The notes below the pieces were generated by a model that did not search any database, had not been told where the DNA came from, and saw only the letters and a list, made by a program, of their open reading frames with translations. A DNA stretch of 64,000 bases from an uncultured Staphylococcaceae bacterium (lineage in GTDB: Bacteria; Bacillota_I; Bacilli_A; RFN20; CAG-826): NCBI GenBank assembly GCA_964546565.1, contig CAZJKC010000001.1, positions 16,997 through 80,996 of the forward strand, in the 5' to 3' direction. Positions within the stretch are counted from its first letter, which is position 1, and each line of letters begins with the position of its first letter. This document shows positions 9,135-19,409 of the stretch, in pieces. The position numbers were made by a program, and so were the translations under genes.

Positions 9135-10430
9135 TTAAATACAAAATGCTGCGTATAAAGGAACAATCTTTTTATTATCCTCGAATGCAAAGTTTTTCAT
9201 AGATAATTTGATAGAATAAGCAGGATTATATTTGTCTATATAGACTTTTAAACTCTTTGCTCTTGTGTTGTCTGCAGACTTGACTTCAATTGGAATAAGT
9301 TGACCATTGCGTTGAATAACAAAGTCAATTTCCGCTCCACGTTCAGATTCCCAATAATAGGTATTATAGCCATTAATAGATAATTGCACATTGACATAAT
9401 TCTCAGTCATACCGCCCTTGAAATCATTTAATTCATCAACCATATAAAGAATATCGTTTGCTACCAAATCTTTTTTAGCACAAAGCAAGCCTAAATCCGA
9501 TACATAAATCTTGAATGCATCAATATCACGGTAGTTTTCCAAAGGTTTTTTGATTTGACCCACCTTGTAAACTTGCGATACGATACCAGATAAACAAAGC
9601 CATTCAATAGCATTTTCAAATTCGGAAGCCCGACCACCTTTTTTAATCAGTTTATATTGAAAACGAGTATTCTTCTTTGAGAGTTGAACGATAATATTAT
9701 CATATGTAAGTCTTGTTTTCTTGATTCCGTTTAAATGATTGTACTTACTCATATCGTTAAGATAACTTGCAAGAATGGTATCCTGTATATGACGAATAAG
9801 AATATAATCCTTTGTTTTGACAAACTGCATTACACATTCCGGCATACCACCTACAATGAGATACTGACGGTAAAATCGCATTGCCATATCATGCAAAGCA
9901 GACGGCATTGGATTATTAGTTTCAAAGCATTTTTTAATCTGCTCTACAAGAGCATTTTCACCCATTGCTAACAAGAATTCTTCCATATCCATAGGATAAA
10001 GAGTTTTCATATCTACCTTACCAACAGGAAAAGAATGCTTAGCTCTATTGACAGCCACGCCGAGCAAACTACCTGCTACAATGATGTGATAATCGGGAGC
10101 ATCTTCACAAAAATATTTCAGTGAAGTCAAAGCTCTTTCACAAAGTTGTACTTCATCAAATACAATTAACGTTTTCTTTTTTACGATAGTCTGACCTGCA
10201 ATATGAGATAAAATCGGTATTAGATAATCAGGGCTAATATTTTCCTCAAATGTTTCGTTCAGTTTTGGATTAGTTTCAAAATTAAAATATGCTACATTTT
10301 CATACGCTTTACGCCCAAATTCGAGAATAGAATATGTTTTTCCAACCTGCCTTGCTCCCTGCAAAATAAAGGGCTTGCGGTTTTCACTTTCTTTCCATAC
10401 TTCTAAAAACTTCATAATCTTTCTATACAT
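9135..10430 (-). CDS. COG1373-type AAA ATPase (AAA_14 + DUF4143), second divergent paralog
   Basis: Walker A GARQVGKT and Walker B LIVFDEVQ. RBS GGAGGA. Only distantly similar to the 2943..4175 paralog. Confidence 0.75.
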   Translation of the reverse strand: MYRKIMKFLEVWKESENRKPFILQGARQVGKTYSILEFGRKAYENVAYFNFETNPKLNETFEENISPDYLIPILSHIAGQTIVKKKTLIVFDEVQLCERALTSLKYFCEDAPDYHIIVAGSLLGVAVNRAKHSFPVGKVDMKTLYPMDMEEFLLAMGENALVEQIKKCFETNNPMPSALHDMAMRFYRQYLIVGGMPECVMQFVKTKDYILIRHIQDTILASYLNDMSKYNHLNGIKKTRLTYDNIIVQLSKKNTRFQYKLIKKGGRASEFENAIEWLCLSGIVSQVYKVGQIKKPLENYRDIDAFKIYVSDLGLLCAKKDLVANDILYMVDELNDFKGGMTENYVNVQLSINGYNTYYWESERGAEIDFVIQRNGQLIPIEVKSADNTRAKSLKVYIDKYNPAYSIKLSMKNFAFEDNKKIVPLYAAFCI

Positions 10431-10932
10431 AATCAGTCCTCCATTCTATGTTCTAAAAACATTAGAACGGATTATCGTGTTAAAATTCAATGAATTTTAT
10501 TTGAAAATAACATTATAACGCACGAATATTTTAATTTTTTTTCACATTTCGACACGAATGTCATTTTTATGCACCTTACAAATTACCAAAATATAGTTAT
10601 CATCCTCTATTAGCGCATCCTTTTAGAAACAAAAAAGTCAACTACTATATAATGACGTTTATATTTAATGCTCTGTTTTAATAAATAAACCAACTATAAT
10701 CTCATTATAATTATGATAAATTGCTATTGATAATCATATTACTGCTTTCTTTAATAGTCTCTATAGAAATATCATAACCATATCATGCTCATTTTATAAA
10801 GCAAAGATAACGGACACTAATCTTTATAGGCAAAGTGCACAACAAATAACGCATGTGTAGCATATTTATTTTGTAATTATATTTATTAAGAATTATGATA
10901 TAATAAGTAAGCACAAAAAGGAGTAGCAAAAC

Positions 10933-11181
10933 ATGATTGAACTAACAACCGAAGAAAAAATACAAATTGTTTTAGATAAAATTCGTCCTTTCATTAAAAG
11001 AGATGGTGGCGATGTTCAGTTTGATTCCTTTGAAGATGGTATCGTTTATATCACCATGATTGGAGCTTGTGCTGATTGTATGATGATAGATACTACTATA
11101 TCAGATGGAATTGAAGTGATTCTTATGGAAGAAGTACCTGGTGTTTTAGGAGTCAAATTAACGAGTCAAAAAACTAAGTGA
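10933..11181 (+). CDS. NifU-like (Nfu) Fe-S cluster scaffold domain protein
   Basis: CxxC pair (GACADCMM) in an Nfu C-terminal-domain-like 82-aa protein. Confidence 0.7.
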   Translation: MIELTTEEKIQIVLDKIRPFIKRDGGDVQFDSFEDGIVYITMIGACADCMMIDTTISDGIEVILMEEVPGVLGVKLTSQKTK

Positions 11182-11196
11182 TATGCTTAGTTTTTT

Positions 11197-12096
11197 TTAT
11201 GATTCAATCCATGATATGGGTCTAATTCCATATGTATAAACAAGATATTTTTCCATTTTTTGTAATTCGAACATTAATAATTTCATATTACGATAATAAG
11301 CCAATAATTGAGTTCGTACATCTATTTTTTCGCTATAGTATTTTTCTAATAAATCAAATAATTTTGAAGGATAAAGAAGACGCGCCAAAAGAAGGCTGGC
11401 ATCTTTTATTGTTAAAGAATATTGCGGAAGAATAGATATTAATTCTTCGCTATTAATGACATGCGCCTTCCATAATTCAGCCAAATCGCGTATTGGATTA
11501 TCTAATAAAAAATTTAGTGGATCAAAAACACTTAAGGTGGATAAAGAATCTAAACGTCGATGACATAAGGTTAATGAGTTTATTTCAGGCCCTAAATCTA
11601 TTTCTATTTCCGCTAAATACTGAATAGCGTTTTCGGCTAAGCCTAAAGCGTGAATCGCGGAAACCATTATTTTTTGATAAGCAAAATCATCTACTTTAAG
11701 AGAAGGAAGAGCTTTTTCTTCAATAATTGTTATTTTTTCTTCCCATAAACTAATAAGATGTTGAATGGTGTAAGAAGACATCGGTGCTTCTTTATATTGT
11801 AAATGCATCGTGACAATTTCTTGTAAATTGACGTTCCCTTTTTTGATAGCTATCAGGGCAACCTTTCCATATTCATCTTGACTGATTAATCTACCCTCAC
11901 GATTGGTTATAATTTGTACTCCATATTTTCCAAATTGAGAAGCTACATTATTAGCAAAATCATTTATTTTTAATAATTCTTCTTCCGTTTGATATGTTAA
12001 TTCTTCTAACCGGAAATGCCAATCATCTAAATCAAATTCATGATCATCTTCATGAGGTGGATAATATCCATACTTGTCATACAAAAAAGCTCGCAT
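11197..12096 (-). CDS. hypothetical protein (299 aa); weak, unverified resemblance to YutH/CotS-like proteins
   Basis: Long ORF with host-like composition, convergent with nfu. No clear catalytic motif (no HxDxxxxN). Confidence 0.45.
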   Translation of the reverse strand: MRAFLYDKYGYYPPHEDDHEFDLDDWHFRLEELTYQTEEELLKINDFANNVASQFGKYGVQIITNREGRLISQDEYGKVALIAIKKGNVNLQEIVTMHLQYKEAPMSSYTIQHLISLWEEKITIIEEKALPSLKVDDFAYQKIMVSAIHALGLAENAIQYLAEIEIDLGPEINSLTLCHRRLDSLSTLSVFDPLNFLLDNPIRDLAELWKAHVINSEELISILPQYSLTIKDASLLLARLLYPSKLFDLLEKYYSEKIDVRTQLLAYYRNMKLLMFELQKMEKYLVYTYGIRPISWIES

Positions 12097-12217
12097 TGAT
12101 TTGTTTCTCCTTTTTTAAATGTATGCTTTTTCATTTAAAAAAAGACAAAACCGCAACTACAAATATAAAAGAACTGTCATCAAACCATAAAAGTTATAAC
12201 AGTTCTTATTCTTTAAT

Positions 12218-13006
12218 CTATCTTAAATAGTTATTCAATTTATTAACAACAATAAAGCCTTCATGATTATACACATCCGGCCGATTATATTCCATTACGG
12301 TCCCAGTTGGTGTTATAAAATGACCTCCGGCTTCCTGCACAATGATTTGACTAGCAGCAGTATCCCATTCTTTAGTGCCGGGGCCAAATTTACATTGTAT
12401 TTCGGCTAAACCACGGGCAATGCGGCATGCTTTAATGGCACTTCCATATTTCTCTATTCTTATAATTTTATTGTCTTCTTTTTCTTGATAAGTTATTTCT
12501 TCTGGAGAAACATGAAAACGCGAAGTTAACATAATTAAATCTTTTTCTTTATCATTTACATGAATTTTTTCAATGTTTCCATGGTTATCAATATAATATG
12601 ATCCTTGTCCTTTAGTAGCGTAATATATTTCACCAGTAACAGGTATCATCACCACTCCTAAAACTAATTGATGCTTATATGCTAGAGCAATATTCGTCGT
12701 AAACTCGTTATCACGATTTACAAAATCTTTAGTGCCATCGACAGGGTCGACAATCCAACAATAGTCATTATCTAATCTTTTCTTATCATCTTCTGATTCT
12801 TCCGTTAAAAAAGCATGACTAGGATAATATTGATGAATAATTTCCCGAATAATTCTATCGGCATTTTGATCGGCAATAGTGACAGGAGAATTATCTTGTT
12901 TCATCACGACATCAAAGTCATGATGATACACATCTAAGATCGCCTTTTGGGCTGCTTTAGCTGCTTTTAACGCTACTTCAAGCATTTCATTAATATTATC
13001 TATCAT
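12218..13006 (-). CDS. inositol-monophosphatase-family phosphatase (SuhB/CysQ-like)
   Basis: Motifs DPVDGTKDF and WDTAA typical of the IMPase/FIG superfamily. Confidence 0.8.
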   Translation of the reverse strand: MIDNINEMLEVALKAAKAAQKAILDVYHHDFDVVMKQDNSPVTIADQNADRIIREIIHQYYPSHAFLTEESEDDKKRLDNDYCWIVDPVDGTKDFVNRDNEFTTNIALAYKHQLVLGVVMIPVTGEIYYATKGQGSYYIDNHGNIEKIHVNDKEKDLIMLTSRFHVSPEEITYQEKEDNKIIRIEKYGSAIKACRIARGLAEIQCKFGPGTKEWDTAASQIIVQEAGGHFITPTGTVMEYNRPDVYNHEGFIVVNKLNNYLR

Positions 13007-13958
13007 TAAACTTTTCTCCTTTTTTTATTAATTCATCTAATTCCTTAATGATTATTTTAACTTCATCCCAACTATCAACGGTACAACCTGCCGCTAAAGG
13101 GTGTCCGCCACCGGTATGAGCTACACATGTCGGTTGAATATTGTATCCAGAGCTACGAACTTCAACTTTAATTCGTCCAGTTTCTGGTATTTCTGAAGCA
13201 CAAAGCCATATTGGATAATTCTTTATATTTCCTAATAAATTAACAGAACCTACCGCATATTGTGATGAAATAGTTAGTTTTTCTAATTCTTCTTTTGTAA
13301 ACAATTTATAAATAACGCCTGATTCTGTCTTTTTATATGTTGAATAAAAATATCCTTTAACTATTAAACTTTCTTCATCAGTTTCGTATAAAGGAAGATA
13401 TAAAGCATCAGGATCTGCTCCTTTTTTTATTAAATAAGCTGCTAAAGAAAAAGTTTTTGAAGTTAGTGGTTGATATTGAAAACGTCCGGAATCGGTAACA
13501 AGACCTAAATATAATGCATTCGCAGCTATTTTGGTCATTTCCCATTTTAATTTATAAGCCAAATCGGCAATCATTTCACATGTGGCAACTCTATTTTCAT
13601 CAATCCAATGCCATGAACCAAAAGTGTCCGTCAAGACATGATGATCAATAACTATTTGATCTTTTACCATTAATATGCGTTGGTCTTCGGCTCGACTTAT
13701 CTGTGCAAAGTCTACGGCAATTGCTAGACTATTCTTAATCACTTCATCATCAACAATATCCATTGGAGCAATAAAAGGTAGCATTCTTTTAAACCCGCTT
13801 CCGATAGCGAATACTTTTTTATGTGGATAATGACTTTTAATTAATTCTCTTAGACCAATTTGTGAACCATAGCAATCGCCATCTGGATATACATGTCCAA
13901 AGATGACCACGCTATCAAAATCTTCAATTTTTTCAATAAACTCCGATAATTTAAGCAT
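12996..13958 (-). CDS. nrnA: bifunctional oligoribonuclease / pAp phosphatase NrnA (DHH-DHHA1)
   Basis: DHH motif region (VVIFGHVYPDGDCYGS ... IDHHV) and a DHHA1-like C-terminus (GGGHPLAAG). Confidence 0.8.
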   Translation of the reverse strand: MLKLSEFIEKIEDFDSVVIFGHVYPDGDCYGSQIGLRELIKSHYPHKKVFAIGSGFKRMLPFIAPMDIVDDEVIKNSLAIAVDFAQISRAEDQRILMVKDQIVIDHHVLTDTFGSWHWIDENRVATCEMIADLAYKLKWEMTKIAANALYLGLVTDSGRFQYQPLTSKTFSLAAYLIKKGADPDALYLPLYETDEESLIVKGYFYSTYKKTESGVIYKLFTKEELEKLTISSQYAVGSVNLLGNIKNYPIWLCASEIPETGRIKVEVRSSGYNIQPTCVAHTGGGHPLAAGCTVDSWDEVKIIIKELDELIKKGEKFNDR

Positions 13959-14091
13959 AATTACCTCCTTTTTTTATTATACCATAGACCAAACACAATG
14001 CGTGTTAAAAGGTTTTATTCTTGATTGTCAAAAGGAGAAATCATACAAATCCCAATTAACCTTTTTTACTGCTTTCATAATCAAAATAGAT

Positions 14092-14127
14092 AAAAAAAAG
14101 AAAGACAATCAACATCATCTTTCTTCT
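14092..14127 (-). terminator. rho-independent terminator downstream of fba
   Basis: GAAAGA/TCTTTC hairpin followed by T8 on the minus strand. Confidence 0.5.
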
Positions 14128-14144
14128 TTTAGATTATTTAATTA

Positions 14145-15002
14145 TTAATTAGCCTTACCAATACATCCAAAGATTTCACATTTGGTACGAACTACTTCAC
14201 GAATACCTTCTTTACCTGGACCAATAATCTTACGAGGATCATATACTTTACTATCTTTTGCTAAGACTTCACGAACAATCTTGGCCCAAGCTTGTTGGGA
14301 CTCAGTATTAACATTAATCTTACATGTTCCTCTTTCGATAGCCATTTTAATTTGGAAATCAGGAATTCCTGATCCACCATGAAGCACTAAAGGTAAATCC
14401 ACTAAACCGGCAATTTCTTTCATTTCATCAAATCCTAATTTTGGTTCACCTTGATATGGTCCATGCACAGATCCTAAAGCTGGTGCTAGACAATCTAATT
14501 TTGTTTCTTTTACTAAGCGAACACATTCTTCAGGAATTGCATACATACTTTCCGCTACAACATGGTCTTCTTGACCACCAACACGGCCTAATTCCGCTTC
14601 AACGGAAACGCCACGAGCATGAGCGTAATCGACAACTTCTTTAGTTTGACGGATGTTCTCATCTAATTCAAAATGCGAAGCATCAATCATAACTGATGTA
14701 AATCCCGCGTCGATTGCGGCTTTACAAGTCTCTACAGAATCGCCATGGTCTAAATGTAAAGCAACAGGTACGGTGATTTTATGGTCCATAATTAGACCTT
14801 TAACAATACCAACAACGGTATTCCATCCTCCCATATACTTTGATGCTCCACTGGTACATCCTAAAATAACTGGCGCTTGAAGAGCTTCACATTCATCCAA
14901 TATCGCCGCTGTCCATTCAACATTATTAATATTGAATTGTCCAACAGCATATTTGCCTTCACGAGCTTTTTCAAGCATTTCTTTCATACTAACTAATGCC
15001 AT
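14145..15002 (-). CDS. fba: fructose-bisphosphate aldolase, class II
   Basis: Full-length similarity to class II FBA ([10 protein letters not shown]..., HLDHG motif). Confidence 0.9.
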   Translation of the reverse strand: MALVSMKEMLEKAREGKYAVGQFNINNVEWTAAILDECEALQAPVILGCTSGASKYMGGWNTVVGIVKGLIMDHKITVPVALHLDHGDSVETCKAAIDAGFTSVMIDASHFELDENIRQTKEVVDYAHARGVSVEAELGRVGGQEDHVVAESMYAIPEECVRLVKETKLDCLAPALGSVHGPYQGEPKLGFDEMKEIAGLVDLPLVLHGGSGIPDFQIKMAIERGTCKINVNTESQQAWAKIVREVLAKDSKVYDPRKIIGPGKEGIREVVRTKCEIFGCIGKAN

Positions 15003-15020
15003 AATAATTCTCTCCTTTTA

Positions 15021-15431
15021 TTAATATTCGGAATCTTCCGAATCTGCATCCATATTATCATTGTTTTCATCATCATTATCAGATGAATCTTCGTCGTCAT
15101 CGGACTCGTCTTCTAATACTTTATTGTATTCAACCTCTTCTTCATCTGTTTCATCAGTTGTATTCGTTTCCACATCCGAATAAACATCATTCATATCAAT
15201 ATGCACTTTATCAAAGGTATGACGTGAACGTAAATCCCATGTATTCTCTCCAAGAGTCACAAAACGACCATCTAAGGATAGGTTGGTATAGAATTGGCCC
15301 ATTAAACGCTTTGCCTGAAATTCATCTAATTGTTGAACACGAGTGACTTCAGACCATAATTCAGCAAAAGTTACAGCATCTTGTTGACTACTAATAAAAT
15401 CATAAGCCACATCTAAATTTGATTTTGTCAT
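15021..15431 (-). CDS. rpoE: DNA-directed RNA polymerase delta subunit
   Basis: N-terminal HARE-HTH-like region similar to B. subtilis RpoE plus a poly-acidic C-terminal tail. SD GGAGGAA at 15441-15447 points to the ATG at 15431. Confidence 0.8.
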   Translation of the reverse strand: MTKSNLDVAYDFISSQQDAVTFAELWSEVTRVQQLDEFQAKRLMGQFYTNLSLDGRFVTLGENTWDLRSRHTFDKVHIDMNDVYSDVETNTTDETDEEEVEYNKVLEDESDDDEDSSDNDDENNDNMDADSEDSEY

Positions 15432-15451
15432 AATATATATTTCCTCCAATA

Positions 15452-17077
15452 TTACATTTCTTCCGGTGCTTCAACACCAATTAATGATAAAGCGTTATGC
15501 AAAACAATCATGGCTGCTTTCGCTAACGCTAAACGTGAAGCAGTAAGATCGATATTATTATAATCCAATAAACGACATTCGGTATAAAAACCATGAATTA
15601 ATCCTGATAATTTTTGAATATAATTAGCCATTTTATACGGTGAACGCGTTGTCGCCGAATCTAATACTTCTTTCGGATAATCACTTAATACTTTTAACAA
15701 GGCAATTTCCTTATCATGAGTTAAGTTATTACCCGTTACTCGAATATCAATATCTTTTGCTAATTCAATAACTTTACGAAGACGGGCATAAGCATATTGC
15801 GCATAATATACCGGATTAGCGCTAGTCTTTTCCAAAGCTAAATCTAAATCAAAATCCAAATGAGCGCTGGCGGCACGACTAATAAAGAAATATCGAACCG
15901 CATCGACACCAACTTCATCACATAATTCCCGCATCGAAAGGGCATTACCGGTTCGCTTGGACATTTTATATTCAGATCCATTTTTAAATAAACGCACCAT
16001 TTGTATCAATTCAATATCAAGAATATCCCGAGGATAACCAAACATCATCAAGGAAGCCTTCATACGATTAATATAGCCATGATGGTCCGCTCCTAGAACA
16101 TCGATAAGTTTGTTGTAGCCTCGTGAAAGTTTATCTAAATGATAAGCAATATCGGGAAGAAGATATGTATAACTGCCATCACTTTTCACCAAAACACGAT
16201 CTTTATCGTCATCGTAATCGGTTGTCTTTAAAAATAAGGCGCCCTCATCTTGATAACATTTATCTTTAATTTCTTCCAATACCTTTTCCACTTTTCCTGC
16301 GCTACGAATATTTGTTTCATATGTAAAGCAATCAAAGGAAACACGGAAAGCATTTAAGTCTTTAATAAGCTTTTGTAATTCTAATTCAGATCCACGTCTT
16401 TTAAAATACTTTTCCGCTTCGTCCGAATCAGTTAAGTAACGATCTTGGACTTCGTCTTTCATTATTTTGGCAATTTCTACTAAATCATCTCCATGATATC
16501 CATCTTCAGGGACATCAATATGATCACCAAACAATTGATGATAACGGGCTCTAATAGACTGGCCTAGATTTGTAATTTGATTACCTGCATCGTTAACATA
16601 ATATTCACGAGTGACATCATAACCAACTTTACTATATAAGCGGCAAATGCAATCTCCAATCGCAGCTCCACGAGCATGTCCTAAATGTAAATCACCGGTC
16701 GGATTTGCAGAAACAAATTCGACATTTATTTTTTGATGTTGACCATGATTAGCATCTCCATAATGGTCTTGTTGAGCCAAAATAACATTAATAACATCAC
16801 TAAGCGATTCTGCCTTCATAAAAAAGTTGATAAATCCCGGACGCACTACTTCAATTTTTTCAAAAAGTGTTTTTGCCATTTTGCTAACAATTTGTTCAGC
16901 AATTACTAAGGGATTTTGTCTTAGAGTTCTCGCTAATTGCATAGCAATGTTCGTGGCGTAATCACCATGAGCTTTTTCTTTGGAATGTTCAATAACAATT
17001 TGTTCGAGCGGTAAATCAATGTCTAATTGATTTAATGCATCTTGAATGCATTTTTTTAATTTTATTTCGATTGACAT
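15452..17077 (-). CDS. argS: arginine--tRNA ligase
   Basis: Class I HIGH-like motif (PTGDLHLGHARG) and KMSKR-like motif (KMSKRTGN). Confidence 0.95.
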   Translation of the reverse strand: MSIEIKLKKCIQDALNQLDIDLPLEQIVIEHSKEKAHGDYATNIAMQLARTLRQNPLVIAEQIVSKMAKTLFEKIEVVRPGFINFFMKAESLSDVINVILAQQDHYGDANHGQHQKINVEFVSANPTGDLHLGHARGAAIGDCICRLYSKVGYDVTREYYVNDAGNQITNLGQSIRARYHQLFGDHIDVPEDGYHGDDLVEIAKIMKDEVQDRYLTDSDEAEKYFKRRGSELELQKLIKDLNAFRVSFDCFTYETNIRSAGKVEKVLEEIKDKCYQDEGALFLKTTDYDDDKDRVLVKSDGSYTYLLPDIAYHLDKLSRGYNKLIDVLGADHHGYINRMKASLMMFGYPRDILDIELIQMVRLFKNGSEYKMSKRTGNALSMRELCDEVGVDAVRYFFISRAASAHLDFDLDLALEKTSANPVYYAQYAYARLRKVIELAKDIDIRVTGNNLTHDKEIALLKVLSDYPKEVLDSATTRSPYKMANYIQKLSGLIHGFYTECRLLDYNNIDLTASRLALAKAAMIVLHNALSLIGVEAPEEM

Positions 17078-17470
17078 TTAAATCACCTCTATTTTCCATG
17101 TGTTATTAGAAATAACACTTTGCTTTGAAAATATATCATATTCCATGTAAATTTCAACCCCTTTACGAACAATTTTGCGTAAAATAAACTCTAATGACAT
17201 GGTTTTATCGCCAAAATAATAATGACCTTGAGTCTTTTCATTTATTGCCAAAAGAATTAGGGCGTGATAATCATGAGTTTTAATCTTAATGAGAAATTGT
17301 TCCTCATTAAAAGCAATAGAAAGATCAACCGGTTTATTCTTATTTTGATAAGAATACACTAATAAATTAGGCTCATTGATTAATGTATCCATAAGATAAC
17401 TTTCTTGAGTAGTTTCGCCATCGATAGTTTGTGAATTTATTAACCTAACTTTTTGCCAATTCATTTTCAA
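17078..17470 (-). CDS. DUF1934-family protein (YwiB-like), conserved upstream partner of argS
   Basis: Size, position immediately upstream of argS and beta-barrel-like composition. Confidence 0.55.
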   Translation of the reverse strand: MKMNWQKVRLINSQTIDGETTQESYLMDTLINEPNLLVYSYQNKNKPVDLSIAFNEEQFLIKIKTHDYHALILLAINEKTQGHYYFGDKTMSLEFILRKIVRKGVEIYMEYDIFSKQSVISNNTWKIEVI

Positions 17471-17567
17471 TCACCTTGTTTATTATACTTTATGCAAAGT
17501 ATAATTTAAAGAAAATTTACGTTTAACTTTTCTCTTAAATGACCATATTAAAAAGGGAGAGAAAATT

Positions 17568-19409
17568 ATGAAAAAGAAAAAGAAAGGGATTTTTTTAATC
17601 TTACTAGTCAGTCCTATGATTATAAGTTTTATTATCAATAGTCTTATCTTTTTAGGACCAGGATATTACCCATATCACTATTCCGAAGTTGTTGTTCAAG
17701 ATATAAACGATGAGTATGTTTTTACCCGTCATTTTAATAGTTTTTCTTCTTACGTTGAAATTGAGCAAATTCCCGAACATCTAATCAAAGCTTTAATTGC
17801 TTCAGAAGACAAACGATTTTATAAACACCATGGATTAGATTATGGGCGCATAATCAAAAGCGCTTTTACAAACTTAATAAATCAAGATATATCTCAAGGG
17901 GGATCAACCATTACCCAACAATATGCTAGAACTCTCTATTTATCAAATGAAAAATCAATCTCTAGAAAGGTAAAAGAAGCCTTGATTGCTAAAAAAATCG
18001 AAATGACTTTTAGTAAAGAAGAAATCCTAGAAGGTTACTTAAATTGCCTATATTTTGGACAAAATATCTATGGTATAGGCGGTGCTGCTGATTACTTTTA
18101 TCATAAAAATGTTGAAGAATTGACATTGGGTGAAGCCGCAATATTAATTGGCATGATCAAAGCCCCTTCTTATTACTCTCCTGAAGTAAATATGGTAATA
18201 GCCAAAAAACAACAACAGAAAGTACTTCAACAAATGAAAAATCAACAAATGATAAAAGAAAGTCAATACTTATCCGCTCTTAATGAAGAACTACTTTTTT
18301 ACTATTCTTTTTCTAAAGATTATTCTAAAAATACCCTTTATTATTATGACGCCATGAAAAATCAACTAAATGAATCCCATTTATTGACTAACACACAACA
18401 AGAAAATGGTTATGAAATATCTTCGTGCCTTGATAAAAAAATACAAAAAATAGTTGAAAAAACTATTCAGAATTATCATTTCTCTTCTGAAATTAGTGTT
18501 ATTGTTATGAAACCATATTCCGGCGATGTTTTAGCTTTAGTAGGTGGTAAAGATTATGATACAAGTCCTTTTAATCGTGCGGTTAACGCCAAAAGACAAA
18601 GCGGATCAGCTATCAAACCTCTCTTATACTATTTAGCCCTTGAAAACGGCATGACCCCTCTAACGAAAATGAAAAGTGAACCCACTACTTTTTATATCCA
18701 AGGAGTCGGAGAATATTCTCCAAAGAACGCAAACGAGGAATATGCTTATCGCGATATAACCATGTTAGAAGCCATTGCTTTATCCGATAATATATATGCA
18801 ACTAAAACAAATCTATTCTTAGGTTCTAGTAAACTAAAAAAAATATTAGAGCTATTTGATGTTGAAAATGTTGAAGCTAATCCCACTATCGGTTTAGGAA
18901 CAAATACTATAACACCGCTACAACTAACCGCTATTTATAATACTTTTGCCAGTGAAGGCCAATACTATAAGCCCCGTTTTTTTCGAAGTGTTAAAGTAAA
19001 TAATAATGAATACTTTTATAATCCATCCTTCAAATTTTCTTTAACAAAAGAAAGCGTTATTTTATTGAATTATATGCTTTGCTCACCTTTCGATGAAGCT
19101 TTTAAAAGCTACGCTACCCCTTCTCTTTTAAAATATAAACCCGATTATCGTTTTAGTGCCAAAACAGGCACCACTGACACTGATCGATGGGTCATTGGCT
19201 TTAATCCGCATTACACTATTAGTGTGTGGATGGGAAATGATAAAAATGAGCCTTTTAACGAAGGCTCATTAGCGAAAAATATTTTTCAAGACTTAGCCAA
19301 TTCATTAATGGAACATCATAAAGATGTTTTTTATACCACAATGAACTTAACGCCATTTACATATCAATCTTCCAATGGTAAAAAATCATTTACCTACTAC
19401 ATTTCTTAA
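17568..19409 (+). CDS. class A penicillin-binding protein (glycosyltransferase + transpeptidase)
   Basis: GT51 motifs (EDKRFYKHHG, GGSTITQQ). Transpeptidase motifs SAIKP (SxxK), SDN and KTGTT. Confidence 0.85.
   Translation: MKKKKKGIFLILLVSPMIISFIINSLIFLGPGYYPYHYSEVVVQDINDEYVFTRHFNSFSSYVEIEQIPEHLIKALIASEDKRFYKHHGLDYGRIIKSAFTNLINQDISQGGSTITQQYARTLYLSNEKSISRKVKEALIAKKIEMTFSKEEILEGYLNCLYFGQNIYGIGGAADYFYHKNVEELTLGEAAILIGMIKAPSYYSPEVNMVIAKKQQQKVLQQMKNQQMIKESQYLSALNEELLFYYSFSKDYSKNTLYYYDAMKNQLNESHLLTNTQQENGYEISSCLDKKIQKIVEKTIQNYHFSSEISVIVMKPYSGDVLALVGGKDYDTSPFNRAVNAKRQSGSAIKPLLYYLALENGMTPLTKMKSEPTTFYIQGVGEYSPKNANEEYAYRDITMLEAIALSDNIYATKTNLFLGSSKLKKILELFDVENVEANPTIGLGTNTITPLQLTAIYNTFASEGQYYKPRFFRSVKVNNNEYFYNPSFKFSLTKESVILLNYMLCSPFDEAFKSYATPSLLKYKPDYRFSAKTGTTDTDRWVIGFNPHYTISVWMGNDKNEPFNEGSLAKNIFQDLANSLMEHHKDVFYTTMNLTPFTYQSSNGKKSFTYYIS

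Noticed and set aside
9735-9971. Plus-strand 78-aa ORF inside the COG1373 ATPase
   Set aside because: Antisense shadow ORF.
11232-12230. Plus-strand small ORFs 11232..11435 and 11994..12230
   Set aside because: Embedded antisense in, or at the edge of, the 299-aa gene. No RBS. AT-rich artefacts.
13903-14880. Plus-strand ORFs 13903..14148, 14182..14382, 14441..14644, 14653..14880 and 15083..15346
   Set aside because: All lie antisense to nrnA, fba and rpoE, whose identities are secure.
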